NCBI RefSeq assembly: GCF_028288205.1
Contig: NZ_JAQBOD010000055.1
Location: forward strand, 36,434-100,433
Source: Mucilaginibacter sp.
Lineage (GTDB): Bacteria; Bacteroidota; Bacteroidia; Sphingobacteriales; Sphingobacteriaceae
Direction of reading: 5' to 3'
Length of the DNA: 64,000 bases
A program made the translations under genes and the position numbers. Below, one piece after another: positions 49,370 through 56,773 of the stretch. The notes beneath the pieces are model-generated. The model saw only the letters and a program-made list of their open reading frames with translations, was not told the DNA's origin and did no database searches. Every line of letters starts with the position of its first letter. Within the stretch, counting starts at the first letter, position 1.

Positions 49370-49568
49370 TTACCTGTTACGTTTCATTACACGCACCAGC
49401 TGCCTATGTCTTTTAACGGCATAATAATCATTGGTTACTAATATGGCATGTATAACGCCGGGGATCCAAAAAAACAGCGTCAGGAAAATACTTAGGATAA
49501 AAGCCCCCTATCCTGCCCGTAGTGAATATAGCAAGCGGGGGTAATAAAAAGCAAAGGAAATAGCGCAT
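49370..49568 (-). pseudogene. YqaE/Pmp3-family small proteolipid gene with a +1 frameshift in a G5 run (plus-strand C5 at 49504-49508)
   Basis: Frame 1 reads MRYFLCFLLPPLAIFTTGRIGG. The next frame reads AFILSIFLTLFFWIPGVIHAILVTNDYYAVKRHRQLVRVMKRNR*. The span is 199 nt (3n+1). Together the halves give the Pmp3 pattern LPPL...LT.....IPG.IHA. Confidence 0.7.
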
Positions 49569-49655
49569 AATATAAAATACAATGTTAACTTATGTTAGAC
49601 CTTGCTTAATATATATAGTTACAGTACATTTAATTTGTAAGTGATGGCTGCCCAA

Positions 49656-49883
49656 CTAAGGAACAGATATTTTGCTCTTACGCCCAATGATGAGGTAAAC
49701 TATTGAGCCAATAAAAGGGGCAAATAATACAATAAGCGCCCATATTAGTTTAGTAACAGAATCTTTGAAATCTGAACGTACAATATCAATTAAGCAAATT
49801 ATACTTAGTAACGGATAGGCCAGGGCAAAAGCTATAAAGATCAATTCGACCCCGTTAAATTCAAAAAACAGTAAAGTATTCAT
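49656..49883 (-). CDS. PLD-nuclease N-terminal-domain (PLDc_N) small membrane protein
   Basis: 75 aa with two TM segments. Contains K.IWALIVLFAPFIGSIVYLIIGRK. Confidence 0.7.
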   Translation of the reverse strand: MNTLLFFEFNGVELIFIAFALAYPLLSIICLIDIVRSDFKDSVTKLIWALIVLFAPFIGSIVYLIIGRKSKISVP

Positions 49884-49964
49884 AATAAAGGTTTTTACTA
49901 AATTACTATTTTATATTACATTTTAGTATCTGCATTGTTATTGCAGGTAAATCAATAAAGCATC

Positions 49965-50387
49965 ATGAAAATATACCAGCAACAATTACAGCTTAGCCAC
50001 CACAGGCGCGGCTTCCATTTGATTACCGCAGAAGTTATACAAGCACTACCGCAGATCATTGATTTAAAAACAGGTATTTGCCAGGTGTTCATTCAGCATA
50101 CCTCGGCTTCGCTAACCATTAATGAAAATGCCGATCCTACCGTGCGGAAAGATTTTGAAATGTATTTTAATAAAACCGTACCAGAAAATGATCCTGATTA
50201 TATCCATGACGATGAGGGCCCTGATGATATGCCCGCACATTTAAAGGCCGCTTTATTAGGAAGCGCTGTAACCATCCCAATACGTAGCGGAAAATTAGCT
50301 TTAGGCATGTGGCAAGGTATTTATTTATGTGAGCACCGCAACTATGGTGGGCAAAGGAGTTTGATGATTACGGCCTGGGGAGAGTAA
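49965..50387 (+). CDS. YjbQ/UPF0047 family protein (secondary thiamine-phosphate synthase-like)
   Basis: 140 aa. HTSASLTINENADP and the AHLKA.L.G motif. Confidence 0.88.
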   Translation: MKIYQQQLQLSHHRRGFHLITAEVIQALPQIIDLKTGICQVFIQHTSASLTINENADPTVRKDFEMYFNKTVPENDPDYIHDDEGPDDMPAHLKAALLGSAVTIPIRSGKLALGMWQGIYLCEHRNYGGQRSLMITAWGE

Positions 50388-50406
50388 TTATTACAGCATT
50401 TATTGG

Positions 50407-50489
50407 CTGAACCATGATTTACGAGATTTGAGGATTACCTGTATAACTCCTAACAAGGCAATCTTTTAATCCCCAAAATCATAGTTCAG
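50407..50489. repeat. REP-like palindrome, family E (intact copy)
   Basis: Outer arms CTGAACCATGATTT / AAAATCATAGTTCAG. Inner arms GAGGATTA / TAATCCCC. Located between convergent genes. Confidence 0.8.
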
Positions 50490-50497
50490 ACAGCTAC

Positions 50498-51469
50498 CTA
50501 TCCCATATAAAACTTTTCCCTATACCCTGTTGGCGTCATCCCTACTGTTTTCTTAAATATTTTCCGGAAAGCTTTTGGGTCGCTATAACCGGAGTTAATC
50601 ATAACCTCGGTCATTTGCTGGTTAGTTTGTATCAGTAGTTTTTTGGCCGCCTCAATACGCGTTTTTTGCAGATATTCAATAGGCGTAATACCGGTTACCA
50701 GTTTAAATCTACGGGCAATATTTCTCCGGCTCCCGGGTATTTCTTTTATCAGTTCTTCAATAGTGCCGGTATTTTGATAAGCTGCTGCTATATTTTGCTG
50801 TGCCATAGTTACCAACTCATCATTATGGCTTTGTAATGGCGAGAATGTGCTGAAATAAGTTTGCTGGTCCCTATCCATATCAATAGAAAATAATTTGGCT
50901 ATACGTATGGTTATATCTTTACCGCAATATTTTTGCAGCAGGTGCAGCATTAAATGAAAGCTTGAAGTTGAACCTCCGCTGGTATACAATCCACCATCGC
51001 CGGTCACTACTTTATCAGATTGTAATTTTACCGTTGGGAACGCGCTGGCAAATTCTTTACAGGCATCAACGTGCGTGGTAGCTGTTTTGCCGTTAAGCAA
51101 CCCTGTAGCGCCCAGTAAAAAGGCGCCGGTACATACACAAGCCAACTCGGCCCCTGCCTGAAACTGCTGCTGCAACCAGGGTATATAATTATAATTTTCG
51201 CGAATTGCCTGTACAATATCCTCCGACCTAAACGCTGGAATAAATATCAGGTCCTGTTTTGGAGCCGTATTAACCGGTTGTATTTTATATCCGTTAAATT
51301 CAATCGCTTTATCTTTTATTATATCAGCTGCACAAAAAAGATTGATATTAAAAGCGGGTTCTTTATTATCTGCAACATAAAACCGGTTAACGCTTTCAAA
51401 TACATCCAATATAGCGGCTACGCTTAATAACCGGTACCTATTGGTGAGCAAAAGACCTAATTGTATCAT
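50498..51469 (-). CDS. GlxA-type AraC-family regulator (DJ-1/PfpI-like domain + HTH_AraC)
   Basis: 323 aa. The N-terminal GATase1-like domain has the CTGAFLL elbow. The C-terminal AraC HTH reads GYSDPKAFRKIFKK..G.TP..YR. Confidence 0.85.
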   Translation of the reverse strand: MIQLGLLLTNRYRLLSVAAILDVFESVNRFYVADNKEPAFNINLFCAADIIKDKAIEFNGYKIQPVNTAPKQDLIFIPAFRSEDIVQAIRENYNYIPWLQQQFQAGAELACVCTGAFLLGATGLLNGKTATTHVDACKEFASAFPTVKLQSDKVVTGDGGLYTSGGSTSSFHLMLHLLQKYCGKDITIRIAKLFSIDMDRDQQTYFSTFSPLQSHNDELVTMAQQNIAAAYQNTGTIEELIKEIPGSRRNIARRFKLVTGITPIEYLQKTRIEAAKKLLIQTNQQMTEVMINSGYSDPKAFRKIFKKTVGMTPTGYREKFYMG

Positions 51470-51612
51470 ATTCGTAAGTTTTAAATGGCAAGGCTAATAT
51501 ATAGAATTTTTGTCTTAAATGCCCCCGATAATTGACCGCTAACACCATTTTTAATACCATTATAAGCAGGTATCTTAGTAAAAACAATCACGCTCACTTA
51601 AAACAACAAACA

Positions 51613-52038
51613 ATGGCTAAGATCAATCCTTATTTAAACTTTCTGGGTAAGACCGAGGAAGCTTTTAACTTTTACAAATCGGTATTTGGCGGTGAGTTTT
51701 TAACATTGCAGCGCTTTAAAGATACGCCGCATGGCGATAGCATGTCGGCAGAGGATAAAGAGAAAATTATGCATGTAGCGCTGCCAATTGGTGGCAATAT
51801 ATTAATGGGTACCGATGCGTTGGAATCAATGGGACAAAATTTAAAGTTTGGCGATAATTTTTCCATCGCTATCGATCCTGAAAGTATGGATGAGGCTAAC
51901 AGTCTTTTTAATGGGCTTGCAGTTGGCGGCCAGGTAATGATGCCGTTAGAGAAAATGTTCTGGGGTGCATGGTTCGGTATGCTGGTTGATAAATATGGCG
52001 TACAATGGATGGTGAATTATGACGATAGCCAAAAATAA
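51613..52038 (+). CDS. VOC/glyoxalase-fold protein (PhnB-like)
   Basis: MAKINPYLNF start, FYKSVFGGE and DKYGV.WM.N. Start moved to ATG 51613. Confidence 0.8.
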   Translation: MAKINPYLNFLGKTEEAFNFYKSVFGGEFLTLQRFKDTPHGDSMSAEDKEKIMHVALPIGGNILMGTDALESMGQNLKFGDNFSIAIDPESMDEANSLFNGLAVGGQVMMPLEKMFWGAWFGMLVDKYGVQWMVNYDDSQK

Positions 52039-52050
52039 GCCGCAGTTAGC

Positions 52051-52548
52051 ATGAATGATGTTTTAACAGAATTACAAGACACAAAGGCTGAGCTTGAACT
52101 GGCCATCTCTTCAATTAGCGATGACCAGTTTAATACTATTCCTTTTAAGGATAGTTGGACGCCCGGGCAAGTATCAGATCATATTCTGAAAGCTGTGGGG
52201 GTTGGTGTGCTTTACGGAAATACCAAACCAACAGCGCGAAACCGCGACGAGAAAGTAGCCGAAACCGCTAAGCTCTTTCTGAATATGGATATCAAAATGA
52301 AATCTCCGGATTTTATTTTACCATCAAACGCGCCTCAAAATAAGCAAGAGATATTGAGTAAGATTGATGATACCTTTTCCAGATTAATTGAAGCGGCTAA
52401 AACGTTAGATCTATCCTTAACCTGCCTGGCATTTGAAGTGCCGGGATTTGGTGAATTTACAAGATCAGAGTTTATATGGTTCTATATTTTCCATGCTCAA
52501 AGACATATCTATCAGTTAAAAAATATAGCTAAAGCATTAGGCGATTAA
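52051..52548 (+). CDS. DinB-family protein
   Basis: 165 aa. W.PGQV.DH... and C-terminal HAQRH.YQL. Confidence 0.72.
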   Translation: MNDVLTELQDTKAELELAISSISDDQFNTIPFKDSWTPGQVSDHILKAVGVGVLYGNTKPTARNRDEKVAETAKLFLNMDIKMKSPDFILPSNAPQNKQEILSKIDDTFSRLIEAAKTLDLSLTCLAFEVPGFGEFTRSEFIWFYIFHAQRHIYQLKNIAKALGD

Positions 52549-52552
52549 TAAT

Positions 52553-52765
52553 ATGGTGGTTGAAGTTTTTAAAACAAATGTGGAGGAGATTAAGCTGTCT
52601 GAGTTATTAATTCAGCAATTGTTAAATCATTTCCCGGATAGCCGGGTAAACTTTGATATGGAAGACTGCGACAAAATATTGCGTATTGAAGCCGAGGCTA
52701 TTGTCCCCGAAAAAATAATTGAAGTATTAAACGCAAATGGTTATTCTTGTGAGGTCTTGATCTGA
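52553..52765 (+). CDS. Small conserved-looking hypothetical protein
   Basis: 70 aa, compact spacing inside the operon. No family name known to me. Confidence 0.45.
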   Translation: MVVEVFKTNVEEIKLSELLIQQLLNHFPDSRVNFDMEDCDKILRIEAEAIVPEKIIEVLNANGYSCEVLI

Positions 52766-52796
52766 TAATTAGGCGATACCTTTTTCACCCCAACTA

Positions 52797-54173
52797 ATGA
52801 CCGTCAAAAATATATTTTCTATCATACGGCAATCGCTTAATGGCGAGGAACAGGATTATACGCAAGGCAGCATTCGCAAAGCGGTGTTCCTGCTGGCTAT
52901 CCCTATGATATTAGAGCTAAGCCTGGAAAGTGTTTTTGCTTTGGTGGATATATTTTTTGTAAGTAAGCTGGGCCAGAATGCCATTGCAAGCGTTGGGCTT
53001 ACAGAATCTGTTATAACCATTGTATATTCTATTGCCATAGGTTTAAGTACAGCGGCCACGGCCATTGTGGCCCGCCGAATTGGCGAAAAAAATACCGAAG
53101 GTGCCGCACATGCGGGCGCGCAATCATTAATTATAGCTTTTATTATCAGCGGCTTTTTAACCGTTGCCGGGATGGTGTATGCCGGCGATATTTTATCGTT
53201 AATGGGTGCAAGTAAAGCCGTTGTTGCAGAGGGCGCTATATTTACCCGCATAATGTTTGGCGGCAGTCTGGTAATAATATTGATCTTTCTGATCAACGGC
53301 ATTTTTAGGGGGGCAGGCAACGCGGCCATGGCCATGAAGAGCTTGTGGATTGCCAGCTTAACCAATATAATACTGTGCCCCATTTTAATTCATTTTTTTG
53401 GGTTAAAAGGCGCGGCAATAGCTACGGTTACAGGCAGAAGCTCGGGTGTGCTTTATCAATGTTATCATTTAATAAAAGGGCATGGTATTGTAAAATTCAC
53501 AGCCAAACATTTTAGTCTTGACGCGCCAATAATTAAAACTATCATCACCATTGCCTGGCCCGCTACCTTGCAGTTTGTAATTGCAAGCGGCAGCTGGATA
53601 GTTGTAGCCCGGCTGGTAGCCGAAACAGGTGGAACGGCAGCATCGGCAGGTTACCAGGTAGCTATACGCAATGTGGTTTTCTTTATCCTGCCCGCGTGGG
53701 GATTAAGCAACGCGGCCGCTACGCTGGTGGGTCAAAATCTTGGGGCCAAAGAAATCCAAAGAGCCGAAAAAAGTGTTATTATGACCGCGAAGTATAACGC
53801 TGTTTTTATGGGGATAGTGATGGTGATATTCCTGTTTTTTTCAAACCCTATTATCCGCATATTCACCCAAGATGAAGCAGTTGTTAGATTTGGCATCCAG
53901 GCTTTGCAGATATTCGGATCTGCCTATATTTTTTACGGCATTGGCATGGTAATGACACAAGCGCTAAATGGCGCGGGCGATACTAAAACCCCCACCTGGA
54001 TAAATTTTGTATGTTTCTGGCTCATCCAGATACCTTTAGCCTATTTTCTATCAAAAACACTGGGTATGAAAGCTACAGGAGCTTTTATTTCAATCCCCAT
54101 TGCCGAAACTATGCTTGCTTTAGCGGCATGGTACTATTTCAAAAAAGGGAAATGGAAAACAGTGAAGGTGTAA
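52797..54173 (+). CDS. MATE-family efflux transporter
   Basis: 458 aa, 12 TM segments. Typical N-terminus (L.LAIPMILE) and the RG.G motif. Confidence 0.9.
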   Translation: MTVKNIFSIIRQSLNGEEQDYTQGSIRKAVFLLAIPMILELSLESVFALVDIFFVSKLGQNAIASVGLTESVITIVYSIAIGLSTAATAIVARRIGEKNTEGAAHAGAQSLIIAFIISGFLTVAGMVYAGDILSLMGASKAVVAEGAIFTRIMFGGSLVIILIFLINGIFRGAGNAAMAMKSLWIASLTNIILCPILIHFFGLKGAAIATVTGRSSGVLYQCYHLIKGHGIVKFTAKHFSLDAPIIKTIITIAWPATLQFVIASGSWIVVARLVAETGGTAASAGYQVAIRNVVFFILPAWGLSNAAATLVGQNLGAKEIQRAEKSVIMTAKYNAVFMGIVMVIFLFFSNPIIRIFTQDEAVVRFGIQALQIFGSAYIFYGIGMVMTQALNGAGDTKTPTWINFVCFWLIQIPLAYFLSKTLGMKATGAFISIPIAETMLALAAWYYFKKGKWKTVKV

Positions 54174-54179
54174 GTCTGT

Positions 54180-55088
54180 TTATTTTTTCCACACATCTGT
54201 AATCACCGTAGCTTTTGTGGTGTCGCTAACCGGTAAATTATACATGGCTTCTATAGTGTGCAGTAAATTATAATGGTTGATCTTTTCGCTGTATCTACCC
54301 TTATTTATGTTCGCACCGGCAAAAATTGTCGGGATATAATTAACGGGTTTAAAATCGTCTTCATCAAAAGTTACTATTAACAGGCTATTATGCTTTTTGG
54401 CCCAATTAACGTAATCACCCAAATTATCCTTTAGCCACTTATCCCCTCTTTGTATGGCCGCTGCATCACCAGATTCGCCTATATTATGCATATCATTATC
54501 CATGTTTGGGATAACAAAGGCAACGGTAGGCAACTTATCAAAATTTTTAGGGAACTCATCCATTGGTAAACTTAACGCGGGCGATATGCCATTTACTTTA
54601 TTACCCAACCAGTTTGCCCATGGCACATGCTTACGTGCGTATAAATATTGGTGCGTCAGATCGCTTATTTTATAATTACAGGGCAAATATCCTGCCGAGG
54701 GCATAGTTTCTGCATATCCGCTAAATGTTAAACCGCTACCTATTAAAGCAGCACCTAAATTTGGTGATGTATACGGGGTTATGGTTACCAGGCACTCATC
54801 GCCTATGGTATTTTGTACGCTGCCAGAAAACAGGGCCAGATAATTTGGCTGACTTGGGTGCGTTACTCCATGCGAATCTGTAAATAATGCGCCGTCATTG
54901 GCAAGTTGATTAATATAAGGCGCATTAGGCGAGCCAATAAGTGCATTATAGCCATGATTTTCTTCAATAACTACAATTACATGATCATAACGATGTGGCT
55001 GGTCCTGTGGCTTTTTACTAAAAGAAAAGCATATTATCCCAACGCCTGATAAGGCTGTTATGCTAAGTAGTTTCGGAAGGAATTTCAT
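54180..55088 (-). CDS. Secreted phosphoesterase-family protein (acid phosphatase / PLC-like, PF04185-type)
   Basis: 302 aa, with a signal peptide. HVIVVIEENHGY and SQPNYLALFSG motifs. Confidence 0.7.
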   Translation of the reverse strand: MKFLPKLLSITALSGVGIICFSFSKKPQDQPHRYDHVIVVIEENHGYNALIGSPNAPYINQLANDGALFTDSHGVTHPSQPNYLALFSGSVQNTIGDECLVTITPYTSPNLGAALIGSGLTFSGYAETMPSAGYLPCNYKISDLTHQYLYARKHVPWANWLGNKVNGISPALSLPMDEFPKNFDKLPTVAFVIPNMDNDMHNIGESGDAAAIQRGDKWLKDNLGDYVNWAKKHNSLLIVTFDEDDFKPVNYIPTIFAGANINKGRYSEKINHYNLLHTIEAMYNLPVSDTTKATVITDVWKK

Positions 55089-55154
55089 AGTTCAATACTG
55101 TTTTGCAAAGAAACTAAAAATCCTTTCAAATATTGTGGGATAATATATCTTATT

Positions 55155-55405
55155 CAGCGCAAACGCATTAAAATAATAACACATACCATTAGGAAGCTCC
55201 CACGGAGCTTTTTCTAACTTTATAGCTTATTTTCTATAAAGAGGGGACTCCTCCGGAGTCAAATGTCCGCTTTGTTTTCAGCAAATATTGGCTCCGGAGG
55301 AGCTCCCTGTTTATAGAAGGAGACAAGACAAATCCTATTTTGGCCCCTATTGGAGCCTCCTTATACATGCGATATGCTTTGAGTTCTTTTAATGCGTTTG
55401 CCCTG
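55155..55405. repeat. Composite nested palindromic element, family B (termini CAGCGCAAACGCATTAAAA / TTTTAATGCGTTTGCCCTG)
   Basis: Terminal inverted repeats plus an internal 26/27-nt inverted pair (55234-55260 and 55291-55316) and the small hairpin GAAGCTCC-CAC-GGAGCTT. Shares its termini with 62997-63213. Confidence 0.85.
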
Positions 55406-55682
55406 ATGCCTTATTAACTATTCACATTTTTCAGGGCGAGGTATATTTACCGATCAGGATATTATTGGGTGAGTTGTTTTAATTGCCCGGGGTACTGTAA
55501 GGCTTTCCAATCCAAATCTCCATCAAAAATGACCTACCCGTCACTTTTCTTAACCAATTTTAACATTTACAATCACAATATCCACCGGGTGAATAGCGTA
55601 TTATTTGCATTATGTTTAATCGCTAAAACCCACTGCCCATTTGAAGAAAACGGACTATTCAATTATTTAAAATCATCACAAC

Positions 55683-55922
55683 ATGAAATTTAAAATGAAG
55701 TTAGCCGACGGTACTACTCAAATAATACAAATAACTGCCGACTATTTTAAAACCTGGCGCGTGTGGCGGGTACAGGTGAACGGAAAAGTTGCCATGCTAT
55801 ACAAATTAGGCAATGAGTGGATGCAGCGTCATGAAGATTATTTAGATGCCCGTACTTTATTGGCTATAGGCAATTATATTGATAGTATGCTTTCGTCGCC
55901 GGATAACGCTTCATTTGCCTGA
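55683..55922 (+). CDS. Hypothetical protein
   Basis: 79-aa ORF. No recognisable family. Coding status uncertain. Confidence 0.35.
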   Translation: MKFKMKLADGTTQIIQITADYFKTWRVWRVQVNGKVAMLYKLGNEWMQRHEDYLDARTLLAIGNYIDSMLSSPDNASFA

Positions 55923-55925
55923 CAA

Positions 55926-56651
55926 TTATATATTGGGGGTAAAAAGGTTAAGGTCATAAATATTCATTCCTTTTTCAATTTGGGTTACTTTATCAACGGC
56001 CATATCAAAGCCGTCGCCACCAAATTGTTCCTTTTCCTTTTTCTCAAAATCTTCGCCCAGCGAATCGTACTCATGTTTAGAGATGAGCTTATGTAAGGCA
56101 GGGAACAATACGGTATCTTCCCGGGCTTCATGGGGGTTATACATTCGTACAAACGCCTGCATATCCTGCGCCATCAACTTTCGTTCATCAGGTGTAGGGT
56201 TGGGCTTTTTTGCGTTTTCAATAATACGCAGGGTTAATAGCCTGCCTTTTTTGTGTTGCACTCTTAATATTTTGGTGAGGTCGGTTAGCTGCCCGGCTTT
56301 TTCAAAACGTGGAAATAAGTGATCTTCTTCCAGCTTCTCATGGTAATCTTCTACAAAACTTTTAATAAGATTGGCCGATTGCCCAACCAGTTCCAGGTTG
56401 AGGTCCTTGCCTTTTATAAGCCGTGACGATGCCTCATCATAAATAAGTAGTATTCTTTTCAGTACACCATGCTCGCGCATCAGGTCCTCGTTAGTGGTCA
56501 CATCATCGTCTCCCCCCTTCTGCAATCCACATGAGCTGATACCGGTTAAAGCTATGCCTCCTGCTGCAAGCAAGCTGGTTTTAGTTAAAAAGTCCCGCCG
56601 GCCTTTGTCTTGCTGATCTAACCGGTTAGATTGATTGTTAAGATTCTCCAT
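55926..56651 (-). CDS. Tat-exported hemerythrin-domain protein
   Basis: 241 aa. Twin-arginine leader GRRDFLTKTSLLAAGG and hemerythrin-like H/E pattern (REHG, EDYHEKLEE.H.FP, HEAREDT). Confidence 0.75.
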   Translation of the reverse strand: MENLNNQSNRLDQQDKGRRDFLTKTSLLAAGGIALTGISSCGLQKGGDDDVTTNEDLMREHGVLKRILLIYDEASSRLIKGKDLNLELVGQSANLIKSFVEDYHEKLEEDHLFPRFEKAGQLTDLTKILRVQHKKGRLLTLRIIENAKKPNPTPDERKLMAQDMQAFVRMYNPHEAREDTVLFPALHKLISKHEYDSLGEDFEKKEKEQFGGDGFDMAVDKVTQIEKGMNIYDLNLFTPNI

Positions 56652-56773
56652 GATGCAATATTGAACAACTTATAACTGTACTATCAAAATTAATACCATT
56701 ACTGCCTGCTGCTTTAAAAGCGATGGATTTAAATCCCTGAAAAACTGACTGATACATTTTGCTAAACAGCCTT

